This document shows, in pieces, positions 49,606 through 63,600 of a DNA stretch of 63,985 bases. Each line of letters opens with the position of its first letter. Within the stretch, counting starts at the first letter, position 1. The DNA is from Octopus bimaculoides. Taxonomy: Eukaryota. The DNA lies in NCBI RefSeq assembly GCF_001194135.2, contig NC_068983.1, positions 35,496,928 to 35,560,912 on the forward strand, in the 5' to 3' direction. Both the position numbers and the translations under genes were made by a program. The notes beneath the pieces were generated by a model, which saw only the letters and a list, made by a program, of their open reading frames with translations, was not told where the DNA came from and did not search any database.

Positions 49606-52600
49606 GTATGTCTACCTGTTTATTTTTGTACTTTTTCCTGCAAGTGAATTTCAAATGGCATTGGAGATATTACGAGTAGCATTGCAAAAGAACTAGAAGT
49701 TGTAATTTGGTTAGTATTGACATATTTAATGTAATGGGCATGACAACTCTAACTCACAATACTTATGTTGTGAGGCAAAGACATTCATTCAATGTCTAAT
49801 ACTATTAGCAAATGCAGAGCTAGAAGAGAATTCTGAACATGTTTTGATTTTATTAAAACGCTTCAGTGAACCTTAGACATCACCATACTTGTTAAAATAT
49901 TAATGTGAGAATCACTAGTTGCATTTACAATATTGTACATGCAAAGGGATAAAAAATTTGCATATTCCAAAAGAAAACTGAGATTAGCTTTAAAATGTTA
50001 ATCCTAGCTTAACTCTTGGTTTTCATGCTTATGGTGTTTCTGAGTAATTAACCTCAGTGGGTGGGTTTTTTTTTTTTTTTCAGGAATCTGCTGTAGCCTT
50101 GAAATTTGTATTTCTACTAAGCAGTATGTGCACATGAGTTTTATACATATCTATATACATTTAGCCTTGTGTAAATAGACAACATGGTAAGATAACAGTC
50201 CTCAATGGAATCTAAGCAAAGGAGGCATAGACAATTTTAGGTCCAACACTCTTTAAACACACAGTTTAAGATTTAATATGATGTTCAAAAAACGATTAGC
50301 ATCTGTTGTTAGTAATGCAATGGGAGATGTAAATCTATCCATGACATCCTCCACTCGTGTAAATACATCATAAAGTGGATCGGGAGTAGTTCTAACTTAA
50401 GTGGAATGAGATCAGTTTACATCAATTTTAAACTTTCAGTGGGTGCAACCATCATTACTAAATGGCTATTTTAAGTAGGGCTAGTTTCAGTCCCTTTTTC
50501 AGAAGCTGAATTGCTTCAACGTACAATGATATTTATTTGAGAGACAAACTAAGCAGCTATTTATTGGAACAAGTTCATGTTATGTGCAGGTTGTGATGCT
50601 GAACCATGTCACCATCATCGTCATTTAACGTCCACTCTTCATGCTGGCATGGGTTGAACGGTTAGACAGGGAACTGTCCAGACTCCACCTGCCTGTTGTA
50701 ACATGGTTTTTATGGCTGAATGCCCTTTCTAACACCAACCACTTAACAGTTTATACAACACAGGTACTTTTTAAGTGGCACCAGCACCTGAAAAAAACAA
50801 GCTTGTATGTGTGGAAGACTGATTTTACTTAACTTAATGTGGCTTATCATGTACAGCAAATCGCCAATCTCTCAGTCCCATATCTGCATACTTAAATGTC
50901 ACAGTCATGGTATTGGACACATCAAAAATCAAAGTGATCCACTCCATACTGGATGAATTCAAGGAAATAAAGGGAGTATACATTAATCAGAACATGGAAG
51001 GGTAGGTCAATGCTGGTCAGTAGCTTGGGTTCAAACTGGAGCTCTGAGTGGAGAAAATTTTGGGAGCAGTCATGAATATGGTGACCAGTCTCACTCAGAG
51101 CTAGGTTGAAAACAAGCTGCCCTTAAAATATTGGACAGAAGTGGTTAACACCTACCACATGGCCATCATGCTTTGCCCCACAGATCCTCTGACCACCCCA
51201 GAATGTCTGGTCTTTCATTTCTTGTTGAAGAGACAGTTTTTGCTAGTTGGGAGATCCTTCTGCTGCTAACAAAGGATGTGCAATCTTAGGATCCTGTAGC
51301 TGATGATTCACAGTCACTTACTGATGCTGATTCCTAAATGATGGTGAATAGATGTGGTCTCCCGTTTATGCATCATATCATTCTGTAGCTTCTCTCTTTG
51401 ACCAAAGTGCAAAGCAAAGTTTAATGTTTGGCACCTAACATGTTGCATGACACTCGCTGCACTCTACTACCTAAACAGCATAGACTAGTCTCAGTGTTTG
51501 ACCCCTTGTTGCAACCCATTGTCATTTGGCGCAGACAAAATCATCATCATGTTGATATGGTTTTTATATATGAATTACCCTTCCTGCCACTAACTGGGTT
51601 ATGACATGGACTGAGTGCAGTTTATCATGCCACCAGCGCTAGGGATGATACCTACAACAAAACTAAAGAATTTCTTCTTCCGTGTCTTATTTGGAATTAC
51701 TGCTCCTCCACTTCCTAGAAGAGTTGCTTATAGTGCAGTAATTGACAAAATCAGCATCGTTTGCTAATTGCACATTTCAAATAACATTCTTCATTCATAA
51801 ATAATCTGTATGACTGTTTTCCTAATATTACTGAACTTTGTTGTTTAATACCCTAATCTGTTTGGGCTTGTGAGTGCTGGTGCCACGTAAAAAACACCCG
51901 TGTTGGTGTCATGTAAGAAGCACCCATTTAGGGCCATGTAAAAACCACTCCTGCTAGTGTCACATGTGACACCTGTACCGATGCCACAGGAAAAGCACCC
52001 ATGCTGATGCCTTATAAAGTGGTTGGCATTAAGAAGGACATGCCAAAACAGACAATTGAAGCTTGAGCAGTTGGCCAGCTCTTATCAAACTATCCAACCC
52101 ATGCCAGCATGGAAAAACAGACGTTGAATGATGATTATATTCACTCCACTCTGTCTCAAAAAACCCCATTAGTTCTAATTCTTAATCTATTTGGTTTGTA
52201 GACCATGATTTAGACTCATTGATTGATATTCACTCCAGTCTTAAACATGGTTGTAGCTATCTTCTGACCACAGTTGCTAAATTATTGTAGCCATCCACAA
52301 TGACAGAGATGCTGTGACTATTTACTAACCACAGAAACAGTCACTATACCTATTTACTGACCACAAACTGGAACCTGGTGCAGGTCCCCAGCTTACCAGT
52401 TCCAGTCAAACCATCTAACCCATGCCAGCATGGAAAACGGATGCTAACAGTTGATGATGAATTGCAAAGTTGTTGTGATTATTTACTGGCTACAACTATC
52501 ACAGCTACCCTTTGTCTGACACAATCTAATTTACGATGTTTCTTCCATTCGATTCAAGTCTTTACAATGCATCTAGGATTCTGTAATGTCTTCTCTTTTG

Positions 52601-53124
52601 TGTATACATTTAATAGTGATTTCTCAAAATCACATAAAGCCACATCTATATAAAAAGTGTACTCACTTGACCTAAAACCTATTTACTGACTATAAAGACT
52701 CTCCTGCATCTCATGTGAACTTGCTGACTCTGCTGTTATCAGATAATGGCACTCAATGAATCCTGATTGCCTAATTTCTATTACCTGAATTTTATTGCTC
52801 ACATGCTTTTTCTAACTTTACCTGTTTGATTTTTTCTTTTATTTTCCTGAAATTCCCTCCCATATGTATTCAACTCATTTTTCACTTTACTTTCCACTCT
52901 TTTACTTGTTTCATTCACTGGATTACGACCATGTTGGAGCACTGCAACAAAGGTTTAGTTGATTAAATTGATCTCAGTATGTATTTCAAGTTTTTAAGAC
53001 TGCAAGCTGGCAGAATCATTAGAACACTGGGTAAAAAGCTTAGCAGCATTTCATCCATCTTCACATTGTGTTCAAATTCTGCCAGGGTTATCTTTGCTTT
53101 TCATCCTTTTGGGGTCAATAAAAT

Positions 53125-53513
53125 TGTTGTTGTTGTTGTTGGCACTCCGTCGCTTACGACGTCGAGAGTTCCAGTTGATCCGATCAACAGAACAGCCTGC
53201 TCGCGAAATTAACGTGCAAGTGGCTGAGCACTCCACAGACAAGTGTACCCTTAACGTAGTTCTCCAGGATATTGAACGTGACACAGTGTGACAAGGCTGA
53301 CCCTTTGAATTACAGGCACAACAGAAATAGGAAGTAAGAGAAAGTTGTGGTGAAAGAGTACAGCAAGGTTCGCCACCATCCCCTGCGGGAGCCTTGTGGA
53401 GATTTAAGTGTTTTTGCTCAATAAGCACTCACAACGCCCGGTCTGGGAATCGAAACCGCGATCCTATGACCGCAAGTCCACTGCCCTAACCACTGGGCCA
53501 TTGCGCCTCCACT
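53125..53513 (-). mobile_element. Full-length tRNA-headed SINE with (CAA)n tail, nested in another SINE
   Basis: A-box TGGCCCAGTGG and B-box GGTTTCGATTCC on the - strand; 12-bp TSD GGTCAATAAAAT at 53113-53124 and 53514-53525. Confidence 0.9.
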
Positions 53514-54255
53514 GGTCAATAAAATACTGGGGTCGATGTAATTGACTTACCCCCTCCCCCGAAATTCCTGGCCTTGTGCTAAAAATTTGATAACCAGTAT
53601 GTACTTTAAGTTTGGTACTTATTTAATCAGTCTCTATTTGGCCAAATCACTAAGTTATGTTGATGTAAACAAATCAACACTGATGGTCAGGTGGTAAGAG
53701 ACAAATGCAGACACAGGTGCACATACAGGAGGGTGTCATAGCCGACAAATGGTGTAACAGTTCTATAGTCAACTGTTACAAGGGAAATGGAAATACCTTC
53801 ATCATCATTGTTTTTACGTCCGCTTTCCATGCTGGCATGGGTTGGACGGTTTGACTGAGGACTGGTGAGCCAGAGACTGCACCAGGCTCAATCTGATCTG
53901 GCAAGGTTTCTACAGCTGGATACCCTTCCTAATGCCAACCACTCCGAGAATGTAGTGGATGCTTTTTACATGCCACCAGCACAGGAGCCAGTCAGGCAGC
54001 ACTGACATCGGCCACGCTCAAATGGTGCTTTTTATGTGCCATCGGCATGAGTGCCGGTAAGGCGGTACTGGCATCAGTCATGCTCGAATGATGCTTTTTA
54101 CATGCCAGTCAGGCAGCACTGGCATTGGCCACACTCTTAAAAATGGGGTTAATTGTCTCAAAAATTATGAAATCAGAAGCAACTGGAGGTTTTCATATGG
54201 GGCTCATTATAAGGGATCATTTTCAATTGAAACTGTTATTTTTTAATTCTATCAG

Positions 54256-54454
54256 GTTGCACAGAACGTTGGCTTTCATAAATCTGTTGGGATCGATCTT
54301 GTTGCTATGGTGGTCAATGATATTTTGGCTCATGGTGCTGAACCTCTTTTCTTTTTGGACTATTTTGCTTGTGCCAAGCTTGATGTGTTGCAAGCTAGAG
54401 ATGTGATTGAAGGAATTGCTGAAGGTTGTAAATTATCTGGATGTGCGTTAGTGG
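54256..54454 (+). CDS. GART: GART exon 13 ([26 protein letters not shown]...)
   Basis: AG/GT, phase 0/1. Confidence 0.97.
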
Positions 54455-54741
54455 GTAAGTAGTTAATTAATTTACTATTTTTTGTCAAGCCTCTGTCAGA
54501 GGAGGAAGGGTGACCCTCATGACTTTATAAGACCACCAAACTTCGTATGGGGAAACAGTGGAGTAATCTTCAGACTAGAGTCTAGGCCCAAATGCTAACA
54601 AAGAAAAGATTCTACTAAAGATACCCAAAAATCAGAGGATTGTGTTAAACCAGTTGATAGATTAAGAACTGCTACAGTCCATATTATGGGCATTCACAGT
54701 CTGTTTATTCAATTTCACTTACAAGTTAATGGATCAGTCAA

Positions 54742-54862
54742 AGAGATAATGTCATTGGATTGGCATTGAATGGAATTCACAGCAATGGGTTCAAGTTTGG
54801 AAAATTGTTGACGTAAACCAACTCTCATATGACATGTGTTCTCAAGGAAGACTTTAGGTATA
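54742..54862 (+). pseudogene. GART: Decayed partial duplicate of the 3' half of GART exon 14
   Basis: DNVIGLALNGIHSNGF versus [16 protein letters not shown]; deletions, an in-frame stop and a retained GT donor at 54858. Confidence 0.85.
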
Positions 54863-55427
54863 TGTGGAAGATATTTACCCAAAGTGCCACACAGTGGAAT
54901 CAACCCTAGACCACATGATTCTGAAACAACTTTTTGACCACATAGCCATTGCTGAGCCAATGTACTCAAGGGTGTTGTGTTGTCTTGTTTGCAAGACATC
55001 ATTCTAGTTCTCAGTCACATAGTTATGTATGTTTCCTTAAATCTCTGTAAAATTTCCACTATGGTTTCAATAGATTATGGGGACAGTATTTACTGTAGCC
55101 TCACTCAGCCATATCTTGGTCTTGCACACTACATGGAGATCTCACTAGTGCTGATAGCATGGAAAAAAGCTCCTCATATACTCTGTAAAGTGACTGGTGT
55201 TAGGAAGGACATTCAGCCATAGAAACCATGCCAAAGCAGACATTGGAGTACAATGCAATCTTCAGACTCATTGGATCCTGTCAAACCATTCAACTCATGC
55301 CAACATAGAACATAAATATTAAAAGAGAATGATGATGGTGTGGGGGTGGGGGTAATGATGATGATGATGATGACTTACTGCAGAAAATAACAATTTCTTT
55401 TTTTTTTTATCCTCATAAATATTTCAG

Positions 55428-55676
55428 GTGGGGAAACTGCTGAGATGCCTGGTATGTACCAGAAAGGGGACTATGATTTAGCAGGTTTTGCTGTTGGTGC
55501 TGTTAAAGCCAAACAATTATTACCTCGACTTGCTGACATTACAGTAGGAGATACTGTCATTGGATTGGCATCAAGTGGAATCCACAGCAATGGGTTCAGT
55601 TTAGTTCGGAAGATCATTGAAGTAAACCAACTCTCATATGATATGCATTCTCCCATCTCATCAGGAAAGACTTTGG
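55428..55676 (+). CDS. GART: GART exon 14 ([11 protein letters not shown]...[14 protein letters not shown]...)
   Basis: AG/GT, phase 1/1. Confidence 0.97.
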
Positions 55677-57495
55677 GTAACATAAAATTTAATTATAATT
55701 TTTTTTTACTTTTGCTTTGAATGTTTTATACTTTTTCATATTGAACAATTTGACAATTTTCTGAGGAATCTTAAGATTGTTGTTAAAAATATTACAAGTT
55801 ATTCACACCACTCCTGCCATGTTCATTTTGCCTGAAAAAGCATATCTTTGTGTTGTCTAGGTCACATAATTTCCCCACATTAGCAAAGAGTTTGGGGGTT
55901 TATTTTTTATTGTTCTTATGTATAACCAAAAACCTGCAGCTGTTTGAATTTTTTTTTCTGCTATTCAAAAAACATTCCTACAGTATTTAAAGAAGTTGTG
56001 TTCATAATTGTTAGCATGTGTTAAGCTAGGGGAAGAAAAGCTCAGCCTAATTAGGGCATGTTTTCTTCCCATGAAGATGACTTCAAAGATTTAAATAGAC
56101 AAACCTGTTTAGCTTGATATTATTAAATTTCCTGTCTGTATATTCTAGAAACATATTTGTTGACATGTAAGACACAAATTTAGAATCATCAGAAAAGACA
56201 TGAATAAGTCTCAAAGCAAATTCAACTTTAAATAATAGCATATAACACATTGGGTTAAAAACCCCTTGAATGGAAAAGAAACAGAAACCTGCATGTGAGA
56301 CATGAACCTTTCATCTTTTGTAACCCAGACAGACATGCTACCAATCATACTGAAGCAACCTTCTATCTTTCTTCCATCTAATTTTTAAAAATGGGTTACT
56401 GTAGATGTATGGTTCAAATACTGCAAGCAGCTTTCTGCCATTTTTTAACTCCAATGAGTTTTTAATCCAATGAGTTATAAGCTATTATTTGTATCATTTA
56501 TAAAGATTTAATTTCATATTTCATGATACTTCTACATGTGTGTTCTAAATGTGAACAAACTTTCTCATAAGATTAAGATATTTAATTTGATGGCAGAAAG
56601 ACAAAAGGCTGCTTCAGTGTAACTGGTAACACACTTGTCTGGGTTACAGAGATGTGTTCCCAATGGTTTGTGTTCTACAACCAACATTATACCGCTCCCA
56701 CCCCTCCAATCGAAGATGGTTTTTCATCTGATGTATTACAATCTATTATTGGTGATATTTCAGAAGAAAATGTGGAGAGAGAAGCCAGGTGAAACATGAA
56801 TGTTGCTTCTATGTACCAAAGCTATCTAGATTACTTGCATATTAGCATTTTCAAACTTCAGTATATGAAAAGCATTTTTTAAAAATTTTATAAATCCATG
56901 AAAGGAAAATAGATAAAACATAAACTAGTCTTGATAATGTTCTGTGTACCATGCATGCAGTTTTGGCTTTCATTGCTCTCTTCCTTTACATGACTTACTA
57001 CTGCTTTCTGTGCCCTCTTTTACCATTTTCCAACTAGATGTGGTGCACCTGAATGCTGTATATATATAATAAAGTCATCATTATTATTATTTAGTAAAAA
57101 ACATTCCAGTCTATAGAAGACTAAATGTTTAGAATGAATAAGTGTTCTATGCAGTTCAACATATTTCTTAGCACAGTTTGGTTAGATCAGTGGTTCTCAA
57201 CAGGGTTCCATATGATCTAAGGAGGTCCAAATAAGATTTTGTTCTTAAAATCAGTTATACTTCTACAATACACCAAATATTTTAATAATTTTCTTGTACG
57301 ATTCCCAATAATGTTTAATTATAAAAATGTTATAGAGTTTTTCTAAACATTGAATGGTTGTGAGGGTTCATCTAAGTAAAATAAGAATCAAAGGTAAAAA
57401 ATGGTTGAGATCCATTGGGTTAGATTCATTACTATTTTATATATTATTGAATGATTCTTCACAAATGTTATTTATGTTCCAAATTTCTGTTGCAG

Positions 57496-57698
57496 GGGAA
57501 GAGTTATTGTGTCCAACTAAGATTTATGTGAGATCTGTTTTACCTCTCATGAGACAAAATCTTGTTAAAGCGTTTGCACATATTACTGGTGGAGGCCTCG
57601 TTGAAAACATTCCAAGAGTTCTCCCTAGAGATTTAGCTGTTCAACTTGATGCTATGACCTGGAATGTTCCTCCAATTTTTGGGTGGCTTCAAATGAAA
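57496..57698 (+). CDS. GART: GART exon 15 (LLCPTKIY...AHITGGGLVENIPRVLP...WLQMK)
   Basis: AG/GT, phase 1/0. Confidence 0.97.
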
Positions 57699-58174
57699 GT
57701 AAAATCATATTTCAGTTTCTTCACTTATTTTTTCATTATTTTTTTCATTTCTTTTTAATGCATATTTTGTATGTAGGCCATACTACCAATGAACTGTAGT
57801 GGAATTACAGCAAGATTATATTAAATCATTACTTTCTATAATTAACAATACAAACAGCAAAATTTAGATTTTAACCTGCTTTCAATAGGAAATCCCAGTT
57901 GACAATTTCTTGCTGCCTTTCACTGTAAATCCACTCTAAGATTAAAATCTGCATAATTCAAGATCAAATGTCTGACAAAAGACTGTTAGTTAAAAAAGTA
58001 GATCTTAACTATAGATTATTCAAATTTTTGAATAATCTGTTACAACATTTCATCTAAATTTTAATCTGTCTAGAAAGATTGAATTTTAAGAATTTGAATA
58101 ATAAAGATGATAATTTTATAGTCGAAAGTATCTGCATTTATGAATACTGAAGAGATGAAAGTGAAATGAGATAA

Positions 58175-58878
58175 TAATGACTGATTATTTCGATATTGTC
58201 AAGAAGGTCAAGGGTGTCTTGGCATCACTCAGCAAGATCTTTGTCAGCCGCTCTTCAGCTGTCTATTTAAGGTTGTATATGGCTATGGTGTGGGCACACT
58301 TGGAATTTGCTTCACCAGTCTGGAACCCCTATCTTTCTCAGGACATTGACCTCCTGGAAACTGTTCAATAACGTGCAACCAAGCGAATACCCTTCATCAG
58401 GTATCTACCATACTCTGAACACCTTGCTTCCCTGGGCATAGATACATTAAAGCTCCATCTGGCAACTGACTTGGTAAACACCCACAAAATTATTAGCCAT
58501 CATGCCAACAACCACCTTGAGCACCTCTTTGAGCTCCATGTGTCTAACACACGTGGGCATGCCTACAAAGTCAGAAAACAGCACAGCTCCCATGACTTTC
58601 GGAAACATATTTTCACACTCAGAGTTACTGAAGCATGGAACAAACTACCTGCATCAGTTGTTAGCTGCTGAGGCATTGCATCCTTTAAAACCTCCATGCT
58701 TCCTGAAATTTGCCAACACTACACCTGATATCCCCCTTCCATACGCATGCACACATTATATCATAACTCATACACTGTTCACTTTCCTGACTTTTGTACA
58801 TAATTCTATACACTGTACATGCACCTTTGATAAGTTTGTAGTTCACCTGAGCACTATACACAATAATTTCATTATTAT
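58175..58878 (+). mobile_element. CR1-clade LINE 3' fragment
   Basis: LY..MV..HLEFASPVWNPY...LETVQ*RATK and TRGH..K......F.LRV..AWNKLP; (ATT)n tail. Confidence 0.85.
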
Positions 58879-58884
58879 CATATA

Positions 58885-59170
58885 TGATTACCTCCACCTT
58901 CACTAAGGCGGAGGTATTGTTTTCAGTCGTGTTTGTTTGTCCGTAACAAGATATCTCAAGAACTGCTGGAATATTTTGGATGAAACTTTCAGGGATGTTT
59001 GGCCTCATGACTAGCACAAACTGATTAGATTTTGGGATTGATCCAGTACCAGACAAGGATTCTGGATTTTTTTCCTGTTGTTTTTACTTAATTTTTGAGA
59101 GCAGTCAGGTTCATTTTTAGTATGCTCGTTTGTGAGAGCAGATATTCTCATTTTAAAAATTATCTCTGGC
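58885..59170 (+). mobile_element. Helentron/HINE-type element (second copy, 3'-incomplete)
   Basis: Similar to 7595-7900; it ends ~50 bp before the exon 16 acceptor. Confidence 0.6.
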
Positions 59171-59222
59171 TAATCCTAGCTCTAATCCTTATTGCTGAGA
59201 TTTATTTGGTTTTTTTAAACAG

Positions 59223-59376
59223 GGAAAGGTTTCTGAAAGTGAGATGGCAAGGACCTACAATTGTGGAATTGGTGCTATACTTATTGTTGAAAACCAGCAA
59301 GCAAACTTTGTTAGGAAAAGTTTAGAAAATTCTGGAGAAAAATCTTGGATTATTGGGTCAGTTGTTAAACAACAAG
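59223..59376 (+). CDS. GART: GART exon 16 (GKVSESEMARTYNCGIGAILIV...WIIGSVVKQQ)
   Basis: AG/GT, phase 0/1. Confidence 0.95.
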
Positions 59377-61756
59377 GTAGGCTTTTGTTCCTTTCTCACA
59401 CCAATCCTTAATTTGTTTGATAATGATTTAAACATCTTGCACCAACAGTGAATTTTGTTGCTTCTTGATGGCATTTTGGTAAATACTAATGAAAGTATTA
59501 ATTGCTGGTGTGGATAGACACCAAATTTTGTTATGCAACCATGATATATTACTAAGTAATTAAAGGTTTATAAGTCAATACTGTGTCCTAGCTGTGTTAG
59601 CAGTGCAATTCATTCATGCTTTTTCTTTTAAGTTATCTCTGCAGACTTTCTATAGAAATTATAGCCAGCATTGAAAGTTACAACATATCATATACGAATA
59701 CATCTATGTAAACAATGCAATGAAAGACAGAAAAATAGGCAACAGGTGTATCAAGGGTTGAATAGAAAGAATACAACAAGGAGAAAAGTTGCACGAAAGC
59801 AGAGTAAACAGGAAATAGACAAAAACTAAATGGATGGGAAATTAGACAACAACAAAATACACAGAATATTCAGAGCTGAGTTTTCCTCTTCAGTCAAAGA
59901 TGCAAAATATCATAACAATTTCACGCCAATTACCTTTGATACTGTTCAATTTTGCAGGTGCCAGTACATTTATTAAGCTACTGGGAAAAAGCTAGTGAAT
60001 GTATGCTATGACAGAAAGAAACAAGACATTATATAAATACAACAGACAACGAATTATGCATATATAACAGCACAAAGCCTTACAGCTATATGCACACAAA
60101 GAAAAAATAGTAATAATTATACATATACCATAAATACAACAGAAAGAGCTTTGCAGCTGTCAAACGAACTATGTGGGGTTGTGCAAAGAGGGAACAGAGT
60201 TAAGTCCTAGAGGACTGAACAGATGTAGCAAGAGCCTGATGAGTCTGGTCAAAGGTAGGGTGAAAAAGAACATTGCTTTCACCGGGCACAGATCAAGTGG
60301 TATGGAAGAGGAAGTGTTGAGAGAGGGAAAAAGGGGTGACATATTGAGAGAGAACAGGAATTATGTTCCTTCTTCAGTACCACATCCAAACCATCAACCA
60401 TCTGTGAACACATTGCTTAAATAGTTACTTATAGTATGCATATACACCCATTACCTATTTTTGCGATCACATTGTTTACATAGATGTATTTGTATATGAA
60501 ACCTTGTTACTTTCGGTGCAGGCTATAATTTCTATAGAAAATCTGTCGAAATCATCATCGTCGTCGTTTAACGTCCGCTTTCCATGCTAGCATGGGTTGG
60601 ACGATTTGACTGAGGACTGGTGAAACCAGATGGCTACACCAGGCTCCAATCTGATTTGGCAGAGTTTCTACGGCTGGATGCCCTTCCTAACACCAACCAC
60701 TCAGAGAGTGTAGTGGGTGCTTTTACGTGTCACCCACACGAAGGCCAGTCAGGAGGTACTGGCAACGGCCACGCTCAAGATGGTGTATTTTATGTGCCAC
60801 CTGCACAAGAGCCAGTCCAGGAACACTGGCAACGATCTCACTCGAAAATCCTACGAAGGCCAGTCAGGCGATACTGGCAACGGCCACGCTCAAAATGGTG
60901 TATTTTATGTGCCACCTGCACAAACTTTTTAAAAAGGAACAAAAGTATGTATCACCTCTGGCTCACAATTTGCAATATTTATCAGTTGTCGTTAATGAGA
61001 CAAATTATAGTGTACTGAAAATTATCTCAGTTTTCAAAATACTAAGCAGTTGAAATTAATGTTTTGCTGTGGGTGTGCATGGAAATTCGGTTATGTTCAA
61101 ATTTTATCTTGAAAACCTTGTGTGCATATTTCTGTTTTGTTTGTGTAGTAAAGTGTATGTGCATGTGCATGCAGAAGCACACAGAGGAAATCATCATCAT
61201 CATTCAACGTCTGTTTTCCATGCTGACATGAGTCGAACAATGATGGTTGAAATATTCTCCTTTTGAACAGAAACTCAATCAGCTGCCATTCTTGTGATAT
61301 TTGTAATAGAATCCCGTTTCGATGATCAATTTTCAGTCGCTCAACAGAACTTCATTTGTATATTAATATAACACTCACTAATGAAGAAGTTCCTATGTGA
61401 TTGCTCAATCTGCTAAATATACCAGCAAAATCGCTCTTAAATAACAATCATTATAAAAAACAAAATGAGGACATCTTGAATAATGTAAACTTAGACATAC
61501 TTTTCCTGTAAACAGGATGGAATGTCATGACTGAAAGACATTTATGAAATAAACAACAGGACACATAAGGTATAATAGTTGTCATATAATCCCAGAGAAG
61601 ATATGGTGATGGATCAGACTTATCCTGTAATCAAAGCCATTCAAGTAAAAGTCATATTTTGTTTCATTAATGTATTTAGGACTTTTTTTGTTTTATACTT
61701 GGTTTGCAAGATTCTTGATGTGAACTCATGTTGAAGTATATATTGTATTTCAGTAA

Positions 61757-62130
61757 GGTCATTATGCCAATAATTAACACATGCATTGGTTCTATTTTAC
61801 TTCTTTTATTTATATATTAACCAATTGATTGTTTCATTAATCATTTAGTCAGTCAATCACTTAGTTATTCCAAATTACTTTCATTGTCATTTGTGATCTC
61901 ATCCATAACTTGCCCTCTATGCTCCAGGTTAGTCTGTTGTCTCCAGTTGTGACCTCATTTGATGAGATCACAAATAGCAATGAAAGGACTTTGACAAACT
62001 TAGCTGGTTGATTGATTGACCAAATGATTAATCGAACAATTGATCGGCTAAATGGTTAACCAACTGACAAACAAAAAAATAAAGAAGTGAAACAGAACCA
62101 GTGTGTGTGTTCATTATTGGCATAATGACC
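61757..62130. mobile_element. ~370-bp foldback element
   Basis: Arms ~61757-61904 and ~61961-62130 are imperfect reverse complements. Confidence 0.75.
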
Positions 62131-62437
62131 CTCCTGAAGTTAGGACTATTATCCACTGCTCTTCCTCTAAAACCATGAAATGAGGCTGCTATTCCCAGCA
62201 GGTTGATCAGCTACATAAAGGAATGTTGTTGGTGTGTATGGTTATTAAAAGTACGGAAATTATGAAATATTTAGAAAAAAATCTTGTAGAACATATGTAG
62301 CTCATCCTGAATACACATTCCTAGGAGGAAATGTTCAACAGAAATTATATATGGACTGAAGCCAACTAGAATCTTTTTATTTTGATATCTTTATATATTT
62401 TCACTAAAATGAAATCCCCAACAACTTCTATTTCCAG

Positions 62438-62548
62438 ATAACCTGAGTGTTAATTTGATGAATTTGGCTCCAGCATTGCAGGGCAGTTGTATTTCAAAGT
62501 TAAAAAATGACCAGAAGAAAAAAGTTGCTGTACTCATATCTGGCTCAG
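62438..62548 (+). CDS. GART: GART exon 17, linker and start of the GAR transformylase domain (...KKKVAVLISGS)
   Basis: AG/GT, phase 1/1. Confidence 0.93.
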
Positions 62549-62929
62549 GTAATACATATATTTTCATTACCATCAGGCATGGCTGAATGGTTAAGAAGCT
62601 TACTTCCCATCATGTGAGTCTTGGGTTCAGTTCTACTGCACAGCACCTTGGGAAAATGTCTTTCTCTTAGCCTCAGGATGACCAAAGTCTAGTGAGTAGA
62701 TTTGGTAAACGGAAGCTGAAAGAAACTTGTTGCGTGTCTGTCTGTGTGTACTTTTGTCTAGACATCACATGACGGTTGTAAATGAGCATTGTCATCCATA
62801 AATAAAATGTTTAGCTATGAGAAGATATTACCTTGCTTGTAAAGCTGATTACATTAGCAGTTGTAAAGAGAGTTTCTGTTTTGTAATGATTAAGCAGAAA
62901 TTATTTTTTGCTAATTTATCTTATTCCAG

Positions 62930-63066
62930 GGACGAATCTCCAATCACTGATAAATTTTACCCAAAATCCACAGAACAATAGCTCAGCTGAGATTGCCCTG
63001 GTGATTTCAAACAAGCCAAATGTCGAAGGTCTTAATCGTGCTCAACGTGCCAATATTCCTACCATG
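62930..63066 (+). CDS. GART: GART exon 18 (GTNLQSLI...LVISNKPNVEGLNRAQRANIPTM); the gene continues beyond the window
   Basis: AG/GT, phase 1/0; PurN motif ISGSGTNLQ. Confidence 0.95.
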
Positions 63067-63369
63067 GTTTGTACTGCTATGATCTTTTCTTTATCTAAAC
63101 ATCAACAAATACATTTTTCCATTAGTGCCTTGGCTTTAAGAAATCCAAGCATTTGATTCCTTTGTTGTTTAGATGATTTGAGAATTAAAACAATGAATGT
63201 GCAACATTGCATAAAAAGTGAGTGAATTCGATATCGACAAAAAATAATTGGTTTTATTTCCATTTCACAATTGATCAGTCAGTATTAGGAAGGGCATCTA
63301 ATTTAAATATATTTTCTCCAGCAGTAAGAAAATATCTAAATTCTCAATGATGACTAATATTACAGTATT

Positions 63370-63600
63370 GACCAGACCATCAGATGCTGTTAGACACTGC
63401 CGGTCAGAATGTGCTTCCAATTCTGTCTTGATTGCACCATTCTTTTCCATTGTGACCCAAATTGTCTTCTCATCATTGTGGAGGCTTTCCAAATGGCTCT
63501 TTCCAATCTCTTGAATACCACTCAGCAACTGTATGGGTCCACCTGTTGTCTGTGAACCTTGTGACATGTCTGGCCCAACGGAACTTGTGCTTTCAGTATT
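63370..63600 (-). mobile_element. Older RTE-1-type LINE C-terminal remnant
   Basis: The - strand reads KFRWARHVTRFTDNRWTHTVAEWYSRDWKEPFGKPPQ**. Confidence 0.65.

Noticed and set aside
59866-59896. Further CTGAAGA hammerhead-like motif on the - strand
   Set aside because: Stem II and the GAAA segment are too decayed to fold.
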